The notes: generated from the sequence alone by a model not told the origin. Positions 50,863-63,778 are shown, numbered from the whole stretch's first letter. The stretch: 63,947 bases of DNA, filler included, from Vicugna vicugna (GCA_013265495.1; 77 parts of 75 records of this genome joined end to end with filler, not necessarily neighbours in it), one strand, 5' to 3'. Numbers and translations: made by a program.

Positions 50863-51128
50863 ATGAGCATCCCTGACTTCGTGCAGTGTGCTGAGGACCA
50901 CCAGACCCTTCCCGTTGTGGTCAAACCCATGGGGATCATCTCAGAGGAGAATTTCTTTTGCATCAATAAGTGAATCTCCTTGGTGAGCCATATCAGCCCT
51001 TGTGGCCCCCAGTGGGCATTCTGTATCCACTAAAAGTACCACTATACGCCCGAGAATGTGTGGAGCGGCTTCCAGAATCACCACAATGTCGTGGGCCTTG
51101 TCACCATTACCGACTGTCTCTCGACCAG
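50863..51128 (+). pseudogene. TRAPPC9: Unprocessed TRAPPC9 pseudogene, first coding exon (partial)
   Basis: [43 protein letters not shown]...[29 protein letters not shown] versus recalled TRAPPC9 [38 protein letters not shown]. Stops at 50971 and 51031; pyrimidine tract and CAG acceptor at 50850-50852. Confidence 0.92.
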
Positions 51129-51228
51129 NNNNNNNNNNNNNNNNNNNNNNNNNNNNNNNNNNNNNNNNNNNNTTAATTAATTAANNNNNNNNNNNNNNNN
51201 NNNNNNNNNNNNNNNNNNNNNNNNNNNN

Positions 51229-51684
51229 CGACCTCCCAATTTATCCCTTTCTACCCCCTTTGCCCTGGTAACCGTAAGTTTATTTTCTATGTTTTTGAGT
51301 CTGTTTCTGTTTTATAAATAAGTTCATTTATCTTTTATTTAGATTCCACATATGACTGATAGCATATGGTATTTTTCTTTCTCTTTCTGGCTTACTTCAC
51401 TTAGAATGACAATCTCCAGGTCCATCCACGTTGCTGCAAATGGCATTATTTTATCATCTTTTATGGCTGAGTAGTATTCCATTGTATAAATATATTACAA
51501 CTTCTTTACCTAGTCACAAGTCACCTGTCAATGGACATTTAGACTGTTTCCATGCCTTGGCTATTGTATATTATACTGCTATGAACATTGGGGTGTTCAT
51601 ATTAAAATTAGATTTCCCTCCAGATATATGGCCAGGTGGGAGATTGCTGGATCATAGGGTAAGTCTGTTTTTAGTCTTTTGAGG
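51229..51684 (-). mobile_element. LINE-1 3' region
   Basis: GGCTTACTTCACTTAGAATGACAATCTCCAGGTCCATCCA.GTTGCTGCAAATGGCATTATT. Confidence 0.88.
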
Positions 51685-51784
51685 NNNNNNNNNNNNNNNN
51701 NNNNNNNNNNNNNNNNNNNNNNNNNNNNTTAATTAATTAANNNNNNNNNNNNNNNNNNNNNNNNNNNNNNNNNNNNNNNNNNNN

Positions 51785-52020
51785 TCGTTTCCCCTGAGGA
51801 TTTTCCTAATGTCGCTGTGCCAGGGAATGTTAGGGGTGATTTCAGGATGTCCCAGTGACAGAGGCTGCCTCCGCATGTTCAGGGAAGGTATTTTTCGGAC
51901 TTCACCGAACAGGGAACACCTGTGACTGAAGAGAGATGCGTGGAGTTGTCTCTCGATCTCCCCCACGCACTGTCAATGGTTCCGGAATCCTGAGCGTGGG
52001 GAGGTTCCACCAAAGGTCGG
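51785..52020 (+). repeat. Satellite C
   Basis: About 0.9 monomer, matches 11651-12163. Confidence 0.93.
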
Positions 52021-52120
52021 NNNNNNNNNNNNNNNNNNNNNNNNNNNNNNNNNNNNNNNNNNNNTTAATTAATTAANNNNNNNNNNNNNNNNNNNNNNNN
52101 NNNNNNNNNNNNNNNNNNNN

Positions 52121-52277
52121 GTTTGCAGAATATCCCAGTGACAGAGGCTGCATCCCCAATGTCAGGGAATGTATTTCTCGGACTTCCCCGAACAGTGAAC
52201 ACCTGTGCCTGAAGGGAAATTCGTGGAATTTCCTCTCGATCTCCTCCACGCACTGACAATGGTTCCGGAATCCTGAG
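52121..52277 (+). repeat. Satellite C
   Basis: Partial monomer ending ACTGACAATGGTTCCGGAATCCTGAG. Confidence 0.92.
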
Positions 52278-52377
52278 NNNNNNNNNNNNNNNNNNNNNNN
52301 NNNNNNNNNNNNNNNNNNNNNTTAATTAATTAANNNNNNNNNNNNNNNNNNNNNNNNNNNNNNNNNNNNNNNNNNNN

Positions 52378-52827
52378 AAACTCAGGATACCTGAACAAGT
52401 CTTCGTGTGTGTGTTGGAAGTGTGTAAACTGAGTTCATGCATTATATGGGGGCACAGTTATTCCCAGGTAGATGATGTAGTTTAAACACCTTCACTTCTC
52501 ATAGAGAGGCACTAGCTATTACTTGGNNNNNNNNNNNNNNNNNNNNNNNNNNNNNNNNNNNNNNNNNNNNNNNNNNNNNNNNNNNNNNNNNNNNNNNNNN
52601 NNNNNNNNNNNNNNNNNNNNNNNNNNNNNNNNNNNNNNNNNNNNNGCTAAGGGATTCTATTAGAACCCAGGTGCTGCTGTCAGTTTGTGGAGCCTCCCTA
52701 CTCTCAGAATACCAGAACACTTCTTCGTGTGTGAGCTGGATGTAGGATAACAGAGTCAAAGCATCTTTCAGGGGGCACAGTGATACCATGGTTGTGGGTT
52801 GTAGGTTAAACAGCCACATCCCATCGA
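52378..52827 (-). repeat. Satellite B, gapped
   Basis: GCTAAGGGATTCTATTAGAACCCAGGTGCTGCTGTCAG. Confidence 0.88.
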
Positions 52828-53558
52828 NNNNNNNNNNNNNNNNNNNNNNNNNNNNNNNNNNNNNNNNNNNNTTAATTAATTAANNNNNNNNNNNNNNNNN
52901 NNNNNNNNNNNNNNNNNNNNNNNNNNNCTCAGGACATGGATCCATTGGTTTCATGGGGTCTGAAATTCCTAGGAATGAATCCAACCCCAATGGGCACTTT
53001 AATGTCTGTCTCTTTTGCTCTTAGTACACTTTTGCAGAGCTACTTGTCTTTGTTATAGGCTTATGCCATTTCTTCTCGACGTAGGGTAGAATATGGCATT
53101 CATTCATCCTGTTGGAAGACTTGCANNNNNNNNNNNNNNNNNNNNNNNNNNNNNNNNNNNNNNNNNNNNNNNNNNNNNNNNNNNNNNNNNNNNNNNNNNN
53201 NNNNNNNNNNNNNNNNNNNNNNNNNNNNNNNNNNNNNNNNNNNNNNNNNNNNNNNNNNNNNNNNNNNNNNNNNNNNNNNNNNNNNNNNNNNNNNNNNNNN
53301 NNNNNNNNNNNNNNNNNNNNNNNNNNNNNNNNNNNNNNNNNNNNNNNNNNNNNNNNNNNNNNNNNNNNNNNNNNNNNNNNNNNNNNNNNNNNNNNNNNNN
53401 NNNNNNNNNNNNNNNNNNNNNNNNNNNNNNNNNNNNNNNNNNNNNNNNNNNNNNNNNNNNNNNNNNNNNNNNNNNNNNNNNNNNNNNNNNNNNNNNNNNN
53501 NNNNNNNNNNNNNNNNNNNNNNNNNNNNNNNNNNNNNNNNNNNNNNNNNNNNNNNNNT

Positions 53559-54454
53559 TGCCTTCTTTTCTTCTTTGCCACTCATGCTCTTCTTGCATTT
53601 CCAATACTGGTTTTCTTCTTTCCATTTCATCTTGCTGCATTTCTATTCAGGGGAGAATTCTCATCCTTTCTTGTAGGATAAGTTTGAACTGCTGAATTCT
53701 TTTCAGATTTGCCGGTCTGTGGAAATATCTTGCCCTGCCGTTATTAGAAATGGCGGTCATGTGGCCTAGGCTACCCGAGATGGCAGCATTTTGCCATTCA
53801 GGTTATGGTCTATGTCCTGGCACTCCTCCCTGTCCTGCAATATTGCTGCCCGAGATATCAGCTGAAACCCCTCTGGAGGTTCTCTTGTGACTATGGTGAT
53901 TTTTTCCAGGCGCGTTTTAAATCACTGGGATGCTCATGAACTTTGTTGATTTGAACCCTACAGCTGCTGGTAGGTCTATTGGGATTCCAACTCCTTTGGA
54001 CGCTGTGTACTTCCTAAATTCGCATAGATGATTCTTTCTTAGCTTTCAGCTAGCTTCAGTCTGATTTTTCTACAGATAACTTTTCAGACATTTTTTGTTC
54101 CTTTATTTCTTGCTTTTCCATCTGGGACTCTTTCGAATCCTAGTCTTTCATGCCTTGTCTTACCCAGGATTCAACNNNNNNNNNNNNNNNNNNNNNNNNN
54201 NNNNNNNNNNNNNNNNNNNNNNNNNNNNNNNNNNNNNNNNNNNNNNNNNNNNNNNNNNNNNNNNNNNNNNNNNNNNNNNNNNNNNNNNNNNNNNNNNNNN
54301 NNNNNNNNCTGATATTATCCTCTGAGTTTTCTGATATTATTTGGCTCGTCTTAAGGCTTTCTCTTCCAGTTTTCTGGTATTCTGCCTTTTGTGAATCTGA
54401 GACACTGTGGTTCTACAGTGTTTCCCTCACCTCCGTTTTCAATACTTGCTCTGG
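53559..54454 (-). mobile_element. Degenerate L1 ORF1-region sequence, with paralogues at 33868-34058 and 57309-57435
   Basis: T-rich L1-like minus-strand sequence with direct matches to two other scaffolds. Confidence 0.55.
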
Positions 54455-54554
54455 NNNNNNNNNNNNNNNNNNNNNNNNNNNNNNNNNNNNNNNNNNNNTT
54501 AATTAATTAANNNNNNNNNNNNNNNNNNNNNNNNNNNNNNNNNNNNNNNNNNNN

Positions 54555-55239
54555 GAACACAGAATATAGAATATAGACTACAGAATGCAGAATACAGAAT
54601 ATAGAGTATAGAATCATGAACAAAAAATATAGAGTATAGAATAGAGAATATAGAACCCAGAATTAANNNNNNNNNNNNNNNNNNNNNNNNNNNNNNNNNN
54701 NNNNNNNNNNNNNNNNNNNNNNNNNNNNNNNNNNNNNNNNNNNNNNNNNNNNNNNNNNNNNNNNNNNNNNNNNNNNNNNNNNNNNNNNNNNNNNNNNNNN
54801 NNNNNNNNNNNNNNNNNNNNNNNNNNNNNTTTGAATATATAGAACACAGAATAGAGAATATAGAATACGGAATGCAGAATATAGTACACAGAATATAGAA
54901 CACAAAATTTAGAACATGGAATGCACAATACAGAATTTAGAATATAGAATAGAATATACTGCATATATAATTTATAACATGGAATGCAGAACACAGAATT
55001 TCGAATATAGAATATAGAATAAAGAAAATAGAACACAGAATTTAGAACATGGAATGCAGAACACAGAATTTAGAGTATATAATATAGAATACTTTATATA
55101 GATTTTAGAATAAAGAACACAGAGAATGTAGAAAAAGGAATGCAGAATATAGAATACAGAATATAGAATATAGAACAAAGAATATAGAATATACAATAGA
55201 GTATATGGAACCCAAAATTTAGAACATGGAATGGAATGC
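54555..55239 (+). repeat. Satellite E, gapped
   Basis: AGAATAT/AGAACAC/AGAATTT heptamers with recurring TTTAGAACATGGAATGC. Confidence 0.93.
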
Positions 55240-55339
55240 NNNNNNNNNNNNNNNNNNNNNNNNNNNNNNNNNNNNNNNNNNNNTTAATTAATTAANNNNN
55301 NNNNNNNNNNNNNNNNNNNNNNNNNNNNNNNNNNNNNNN

Positions 55340-55994
55340 ATATGGAACCCAAAATTTAGAACATGGAATGCAGAACACAGAATTTAGAATATAGAATACA
55401 GAATACTGAATAAAGAATTTAGAATATAGAATTTAGAACACAGAATATGGAATGTAGAACACGGAAGGCAGAATATTGTATACAGATTATACAATGTAGA
55501 ACACAGAATTTAAAATATGGAAAGCAGAATATAGAACACGGAAATTAGAACAGGAATGCAGAACACAAAATTTAAAATATAGAATACAGATTACTGAGTA
55601 TAGAATTTAGAATATAGAAAGTAGAACACAGAATTTAGTATATGGAATACAGAATAGTGAATATACAATTTAGAAAATAAAATGAAGAACACAGAATATA
55701 GAATATAAAATACAGAATATAGAACACAATATTAAGAACATGGAATGCAGTACACAGAATTTAAAATATAGAACACAGAATACTGAATATAGAATATGAA
55801 TATACAATTAGAACACAGCATATAGAATATAGAATACAGAATACTGAATATAGAATTTAGAATATAGAATGTAGAACACAGAATATAGAATATAGAATAC
55901 AGAATATAGAACACAGAATTTAGAACAATGAATGCACAACACAGAAAGTATAATATAGGATACCGAATACTGAATATAGAATTTGAATATACAA
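55340..55994 (+). repeat. Satellite E
   Basis: Same heptamer vocabulary. Confidence 0.93.
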
Positions 55995-58597
55995 NNNNNN
56001 NNNNNNNNNNNNNNNNNNNNNNNNNNNNNNNNNNNNNNTTAATTAATTAANNNNNNNNNNNNNNNNNNNNNNNNNNNNNNNNNNNNNNNNNNNNATTTGG
56101 GGATTTTGCACTAGCAACTTGCAATTATATGTTCTAATGTTTCTGTCTTCTTAAAACCACACCCCGATTAAAGGAGTATATGTGGAATGTCTTCAGAGTA
56201 AAAGAGACTGTACTTTTATAGAATTTATATTTTATAACATGAACAACCCGGGCAGAATCACAAATGAAACTGCCTCACAAGTGACAGAAGACAGGTGAGA
56301 GGCATAAAGCAACAGGTAGCAAAGATGTTAACAGCAAAGTTGATTCTCCAACCCCACCAAAATTTCCTGAAAGGATCATTCTGAATTTTAAAAGTAAAAG
56401 ACTATCATATAGAGAAATGAAATAAATAATCCTCTTCATCAGGGTTTCAAGATCTCACTCCAGATTCTTTAGCAGGCCATAAGCAGGCCATACTGAATCC
56501 TAGCACAGATAAATCAGATGGACTAGTGGTGAGAATGTTCCAGGAAAAGTGCAGTAATTCCTCCACTTGTGTAAGAACATGCACTCACCTGCCGAAGGTG
56601 AAAGTAGACCGCATCCTGGAGNNNNNNNNNNNNNNNNNNNNNNNNNNNNNNNNNNNNNNNNNNNNTTAATTAATTAANNNNNNNNNNNNNNNNNNNNNNN
56701 NNNNNNNNNNNNNNNNNNNNNTATAATTTTTAAGTGTAGTCAGAATTATTCATTTTTTATTTTAAGACTTTTGGGTTTGTTGTATTTCAGAGAAGGAAAG
56801 ACCTTTCTGATTCTGAGTTTCTTAAACATCCTTTTGTGGTTTCTTTTTTACTTTCATGGATTCACTGTCTTTAATTAAATTTTTGAACTTTGGGGGATTT
56901 CTGGTAAAAGTTTGAGATTTGTATCCACCTTAAGTTTTTCCAGTTGGATACCCAGTTACTGCAAACTTTTTGTTGTATAAACTTAGAGATTAGTCTTCCA
57001 CTTCAAAGGAAATTATGATATGTCAGTTTATTGCGTANNNNNNNNNNNNNNNNNNNNNNNNNNNNNNNNNNNNNNNNNNNNNNNNNNNNNNNNNNNNNNN
57101 NNNNNNNNNNNNNNNNNNNNNNNNNNNNNNNNNNAGGAAACTGATGTCTCAGAGCAAACAAGAGGACGTCATCAAATACATTGCAAAGCAGGCACTCTTG
57201 AAGGAGACNNNNNNNNNNNNNNNNNNNNNNNNNNNNNNNNNNNNNNNNNNNNTTAATTAATTAANNNNNNNNNNNNNNNNNNNNNNNNNNNNNNNNNNNN
57301 NNNNNNNNTTTTCTGATATTATTTGGCTCGTGTTTAGGCTTTCTCTTCCCCTTATCTTGTATTCTGCCTTTTGTGATTCTGAGACACTGTTGTAATTCAG
57401 TGTTTCCCTCACCTCCATTTTCAATACTTGCTCTGGAGAGCGTTTTGCAGTCTAGTTGTCTGAAAGCTTATCTTTAGGGCCTTCAATCTCTTTGGAACTG
57501 AAAATGGTACTTCCTTTTCCTTTTACTGTANNNNNNNNNNNNNNNNNNNNNNNNNNNNNNNNNNNNNNNNNNNNNNNNNNNNNNNNNNNNNNNNNNNNNN
57601 NNNNNNNNNNNNNNNNNNNNNNNNNNNNNNNNNNNNNNNNNNNNNNNNNNNNNNNNNNNNNNNNNNNNNNNNNNNNNNNNNNNNNNNNNNNNNNNNNNNN
57701 NNNNNNNNNNNNNNNNNNNNNNNNNNNNNNNNNNNNNNNNNNNNNNNNNNNNNNNNNNNNNNNNNNNNNNNNNNNNNNNNNNNNNNNNNNNNNNNNNNNN
57801 NNNNNNNNNNNNNNNNNNNNNNNNNNNNNNNNNNNNNNNNNNNNNNNNNNNNNNNNNNNNNNNNNNNNNNNNNNNNNNNNNNNNNNNNNNNNNNNNNNNN
57901 NNNNNNNNNNNNNNNNNNNNNNNNNNNNNNNNNNNNNNNNNNNNNNNNNNNNNNNNNNNNNNNNNNNNNNNNNNNNNNNNNNNNNNNNNNNNNNNNNNNN
58001 NNNNNNNNNNNNNNNNNNNNNNNNNNNNNNNNNNNNNNNNNNNNNNNNNNNNNNNNNNNNNNNNNNNNNNNNNNNNNNNNNNNNNNNNNNNNNNNNNNNN
58101 NNNNNNNNNNNNNNNNNNNNNNNNNNNNNNNNNNNNNNNNNNNNNNNNNNNNNNNNNNNNNNNNNNNNNNNNNNNNNNNNNNNNNNNNNNNNNNNNNNNN
58201 NNNNNNNNNNNNNNNNNNNNNNNNNNNNNNNNNNNNNNNNNNNNNNNNNNNNNNNNNNNNNNNNNNNNNNNNNNNNNNNNNNNNNNNNNNNNNNNNNNNN
58301 NNNNNNNNNNNNNNNNNNNNNNNNNNNNNNNNNNNNNNNNNNNNNNNNNNNNNNNNNNNNNNNNNNNNNNNNNNNNNNTTGGTCTCTGGCAGATGCACTG
58401 GCTGAGGCCATGTGACATATCGAAAATTTCAACTGCGCACGCCAGTGTGGTGGCTTGCTCATTGGGGCCACAGGTCGGTTTGCTCTCTTGATAGGACNNN
58501 NNNNNNNNNNNNNNNNNNNNNNNNNNNNNNNNNNNNNNNNNTTAATTAATTAANNNNNNNNNNNNNNNNNNNNNNNNNNNNNNNNNNNNNNNNNNNN

Positions 58598-59083
58598 TAA
58601 TCTACCCAGGCAATAGAAATAAGAGAAAAAAATAAACAAAAGTGACGTAATTAAACTCATAAATTTCTTCACAGCAAAGACAACTATAAGTATAACAAAA
58701 GGAAACAACAACCTACGAATGGGAGAAAATATTTGCAAATGATACGACTAACAAAGGCTTAATTTTCAGAATATATAAACAGCTCATACAACTTAATAAC
58801 AAAAAAACNNNNNNNNNNNNNNNNNNNNNNNNNNNNNNNNNNNNNNNNNNNNNNNNNNNNNNNNNNNNNNNNNNNNNNNNNNNNNNNNNNNNNNNNNNNN
58901 NNNNNNNNNNNNNNNNNNNNNNNNNNNNNNNNNNNNNNNNNNNNNNNNNNNNNNNNNNNNAGAATGGCCATCGCTCAGAAGTTCATGAATGATAAATGCT
59001 AGAGAGGCTGTAGAGGGAAGGGTACCCTCTTACACTTGTGGTGGGAATCTAGTTTGGTGTAGTCATTATGGAAAGCATGGAAA
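58598..59083 (+). mobile_element. LINE-1 ORF2 C-terminal fragment, gapped
   Basis: GAATGGGAGAAAATATTTGCAAATGAT.CGACT.ACAAAGGCTTAAT (WEKIFAND); AGAATGGCCATC...AAATGCT.GAGAGG. Confidence 0.88.
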
Positions 59084-59183
59084 NNNNNNNNNNNNNNNNN
59101 NNNNNNNNNNNNNNNNNNNNNNNNNNNTTAATTAATTAANNNNNNNNNNNNNNNNNNNNNNNNNNNNNNNNNNNNNNNNNNNN

Positions 59184-59763
59184 GGCAAACCATCAGGGAA
59201 GACAATCAAATGGATTCTATTAAATCCATCATGCTGATGTCTCTTGGAGGAACTACCTCACCCTCAGATTCTAGAACACAACCTTGTGTGGTGGGGAGGT
59301 GTGGAGCCCCACTCCACACAGATGAATGGGTGCTCTGGTGTTTCCCTTTAGGGAGAATTATTCTAAGAACTTCCTAGGTCCATCGGGGGGTACTCATTGC
59401 TAGTTGGCACCCAATCCCAACCCCCAGCTTTCCCTCATTTCCCAGCCTAAGGAAACATTAAGGGAACACAAGCTAAGGGATTCTAATAGATCCCAGGTGC
59501 TGCTGTTATTTGGAGTAACCTCCCCATGATCAGGATTCCAGAAAACTTCTTCATGTGTGTGCTGTTGGTGGAGAAACAGAGTCCACGCATATTTTTTGGG
59601 TCACTGAGAGATGTTGTTTAAGCAACTCATTGCTCATAGAAAGGCACTGCACAATACTTGGATTAAGGCCCCAACGCCCACCTTCACTCACAGCCCGACA
59701 TGGAAAACACTCAAAGATTTCCAGCAAAGGGATTCTACTAGTCCCCAGGAGGTGCTGTCAATT
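59184..59763 (-). repeat. Satellite B
   Basis: AAGCTAAGGGATTCTAATAGATCCCAGGTGCTGCTGT. Confidence 0.88.
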
Positions 59764-60470
59764 NNNNNNNNNNNNNNNNNNNNNNNNNNNNNNNNNNNNN
59801 NNNNNNNTTAATTAATTAANNNNNNNNNNNNNNNNNNNNNNNNNNNNNNNNNNNNNNNNNNNNCATCCCAGTTCACAGGTTAGTGGCTGTCCATTTTCTC
59901 TCAGTCCTTTTTTTGCGTACAACATCTTTATATGAATATGACCTTCATACTAATCATATTGCTTAATATGCCATGCATTCATTCTTTATGTATGGCATGT
60001 AAGAGTGTATCAGAAACTATTTACCCCTTCTTATAATAATAGACATTTGGGTTAGTACATTTTCCGTTAGTATGAATTCACATTTTGAACATTTATACAT
60101 GCATCTTTTTTGTAATAATCTGTTGTTTTAACATGTGTGAAGAATATTTCTAGCAGTGATACTGGGTCGTTGTGTCTTAAATACACCTTAACTGCCTTTT
60201 GAGTATTTCCTTTTTTATTACCTTGGTTTCTCTTTGGTTTTTGTGAGTCCATTGTGTGCTTTTGGTCTGTGGTCACCCTGATTCTCAAATACATTAACCC
60301 ATTTCTCTCTCTGTTATAACAGATTATTATATAATCTCAAACACATCCTGAAAAGAATGGAAACAAATCTNNNNNNNNNNNNNNNNNNNNNNNNNNNNNN
60401 NNNNNNNNNNNNNNTTAATTAATTAANNNNNNNNNNNNNNNNNNNNNNNNNNNNNNNNNNNNNNNNNNNN

Positions 60471-61263
60471 ATAGAATGTAGAACACAGAATATAGAATAT
60501 TGAATATAGATTATACAACATAGAATTTAGAACATGGAATGCAGAACACAAAATTAGGAATATAGCAAACGGAATACTTGATATGGAATTTAGAATATAT
60601 AATGTAGAACACAGAATATTCAATATAGAATACGGAATGCGGAAAATACAATACAGAATATAGAATGTAGAAAACAGAATATAGATTATGAAAAAAGAAT
60701 ACAGAAAACAGAATTTAGAACATGGAATGCAGAACACAGAATTTTAGAATATAGAATACAGAATACTGAACATAGAATTAAGAATATAGTATGCAGAACA
60801 CAGAATTAAAACAGAATATTGTATATAGAATTCAGAAAATGGAATGAAGAACACAGAATATACAATATAGAATGCAGAATACTGAATATAGAATTTAGAA
60901 TATAGAAAGTAGAACACAGAATATAGAATATAGAATAGAGAATTTAGAACATGAAATGCAGAACACAGAATTTAGAATATAGAATACAGATTACTGAATA
61001 TAGAATTTGGAATATAGAATGTAGATCACAGAATATATAATGTAGAATACGGAATGCAGAATATAGAACAGATTATACAATTTAGAACACAGAATATAGA
61101 TTATGGAAACTTAATACAGAACCCAGAATTTAGAACATGGGATGCAGAACACAGAACTTAGATTATAGAATACAGAATACTGAATATAGAATATAGAATA
61201 TAGAATGCAGAACACAATAATTAGAATATACAATACAGAATACTGAATATAGAATTTACATCA
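60471..61263 (+). repeat. Satellite E
   Basis: AACATG(G/A) anchors at 60531, 60719, 60948 and 61134 within a heptamer array. Confidence 0.94.
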
Positions 61264-61363
61264 NNNNNNNNNNNNNNNNNNNNNNNNNNNNNNNNNNNNN
61301 NNNNNNNTTAATTAATTAANNNNNNNNNNNNNNNNNNNNNNNNNNNNNNNNNNNNNNNNNNNN

Positions 61364-61660
61364 CGAGGTACTTTCAGACTTGCCCAGTCCTGGTGAAGTC
61401 GACTTTATAGGAGACACGAAGAGAAGCTGTGCGAAAAGCTGGCTGCACAGATTGAGGAGAGATGCGGACACATGGATGAGAGATGTTCTGCTACAATGGA
61501 CAATACTGGCGTGGAGACAGCTGTAGAGGATACCAGGCTCAAAAGACATTCATGAGACATATTGATCCTCGCTGATACTGGCAGAAATATTCGGAGTGCC
61601 AACGTGGACTTGAGGAAGTTCCTCAATTCTCTTCTCCAAGAACGGGTCCAAGGTCCCTGA
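61364..61660 (+). pseudogene. Disabled cTAGE5/MIA2-derived retrocopy, paralogue of 7090-7614
   Basis: Frame from 61364 reads TFRLAQSW*SRLYRRHEEKLCEKLAAQIEERCGHMDE, versus TCRLIQSVKSHLYQSYEKQLAETLAAQIEEKCHLIDQ. Stops at 61394, 61553 and 61658. Confidence 0.78.
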
Positions 61661-62298
61661 CATCTGCAAGAGAAGANNNNNNNNNNNNNNNNNNNNNNNN
61701 NNNNNNNNNNNNNNNNNNNNNNNNNNNNNNNNNNNNNNNNNNNNNNNNNNNNNNNNNNNNNNNNNNNNNNNNNNNNNNNNNNGGTAAGCCTTTTCCCAGG
61801 TTTGGGCCTAGCTAGCAAGCACTTGCCCTTCCCTCCCCTCCACTCAGGCATCCATTTTGAAGGATCAGTACCTGAGCTGCAATGAAGCCATTACGAGAAG
61901 AGCAAGCCCCTCCTAGAATCAGAGTTCCTCCAGCTTCACACTCTGTGAACAACAGTGATCTCCTTAAAGGTCAAATAGTCTCGGCTGAAATTGATAGGAA
62001 TTGAATACTTAGCTCACACCTAGAAAAGATGGCTTTTCACTAGATTCAGCAAATGTTGAGTTTATGTCTTCCCTGGGGTGAAGGGAGTGTGGTAAGTGAG
62101 GGGAATCTTTGACTGAACTTGAATCTGTATTAGGCCTCAGTTTTTCAAAAAAATATAGGTAAATAGTACATGTCAGAAAGTGAACTGTACTGTAAAAGNN
62201 NNNNNNNNNNNNNNNNNNNNNNNNNNNNNNNNNNNNNNNNNNTTAATTAATTAANNNNNNNNNNNNNNNNNNNNNNNNNNNNNNNNNNNNNNNNNNNN

Positions 62299-63021
62299 TA
62301 TATTCTGTATTCTAAATTTTATATTCTGTATTCTATATTCTGCTTTCTGTATTCTATATTCTGTATTCTGTGTTCTACATTGTATATTCTAAATTCTATA
62401 TTCAGTATTCTGTATTCTATATTCTAATTTCTGTGTTCTGCATTCCATGTTCTAAATTCTGGGTTCTATATTCCCAAACCTATTTTCTATATTCTGTGTT
62501 CTACATTGTATATTCTAAATTCTATATTCAGTATTCTTTATTCTATTCTAAATTCTCTGTTCTACATTGTATATTCTAAATTCTGTATTCAGTATTCTGT
62601 ATTCTATATTCTTAATTCTGTGTTCTGCTTTCCATGTTCTAAATTCTGCGTTCTGCATTCTGTTTTCCTAATTCTATATTCTGTGTTGAAAATTCTATAT
62701 TCTTTATACTATATTCTACTTTCCGTACTCTATATTCTATATTCTGTGTTCTGCATTCTGTATTCTATATTCTATATTCAGTATTCCGCATTCTATATTT
62801 TATATTCTGTGTTCTACATCCCATGTTCTAAATTCTTGGTTCTATATTGTCTATTCTATATTCTATATTCTGTGTTCTACATTCTATATTCTTAATTCTT
62901 TATTCTGTATTCTTTAATCTATATTCTAAATTCTGTGTTCTACATTCTATATTTAAAATTCAATATTAAGTAATCGGTGTTCTATATTCTATATTCTGTG
63001 TTCTGCATTCCGTGTTCTAAG
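62299..63021 (-). repeat. Satellite E
   Basis: Reverse-complement heptamers (ATATTCT, GTGTTCT, GCATTCCATGTTCTAAATTCT). Confidence 0.94.
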
Positions 63022-63121
63022 NNNNNNNNNNNNNNNNNNNNNNNNNNNNNNNNNNNNNNNNNNNNTTAATTAATTAANNNNNNNNNNNNNNNNNNNNNNN
63101 NNNNNNNNNNNNNNNNNNNNN

Positions 63122-63778
63122 TCCTCCATTCATCTGGGTGGAGTGGAGCTGCACATCTCTCCCACAGCTAAGAATATGTTCTGAAATTCTGAGTGCAGGG
63201 AAGTTCCTCCAACTGACAGCAGCGCCTGGGTTCTAATTGAATCCTTTGCTTGTCTTCCCTGATGGAAAGCCTAGGCGGGAGTGCGTGGGAAAGTGTGGTT
63301 TGGGCTCCGAAACCAAGTATTTGCGATCAACTCTCTATGGTTTGTGGAGGTGTTTAAACTACACCCCTAACCTGGGAACACCTGGGCCCCATATAGATCC
63401 GTGGGGTCTGTTTCCACACCACCAGCACACACACGAACACTTGCACAGTTATCCTGATAATGGGCAGCCTCCTTCAACTGAGAGCAGGACCTTGGTTCTT
63501 ATTAAATCGCTTAACTTGTCTACCCTGTTTGGTTGCCTGATACGGAGTGCTGGGGAAAGGCTGGGTTGGGCTCTAAATCCAAGTATTAGCGAGTGATTCT
63601 CCATGCGATTTGGAGGTTATTAACCAAAAACCCACAACATGGGAATACCTGTGCTCCTTGAAAAATGCGTGGACTCTGTATCCCCACCTCCAGAACACAC
63701 ATGCAGAAGTGTTTTTTTGTATCCTGAATTTTTGTATCCTGAGTGTGGGCTGGCACTTTCAGTTGACAGAAGCGGCTG
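63122..63778 (+). repeat. Satellite B
   Basis: GAAGTTCCTCCAACTGACAGCAGCGCCTGGGTTCTAATTGAATCC. Confidence 0.88.

Noticed and set aside
56443..56535. Short exon-like frames here (GFQDLTPDSLAGHKQAILNPSTDKSDGLV) and at 10811-10916, 41690-41736 and 57135-57208
   Set aside because: Too short and unrecognised; splice-like motifs at this level are expected by chance.
818..58471. Long ORFs dominated by X (e.g. 32876-33895, 57452-58471)
   Set aside because: They are open only because N runs contain no stop codons.
50863..61660. Apparent cluster of ER-Golgi trafficking genes (TRAPPC9 and cTAGE copies)
   Set aside because: They lie on separate scaffolds joined artificially, so proximity is uninformative.
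62506..62895. Hydrophobic YILYS-rich ORFs (also 54614-55196, 38814-39032)
   Set aside because: Translation of the T-rich strand of satellite E.
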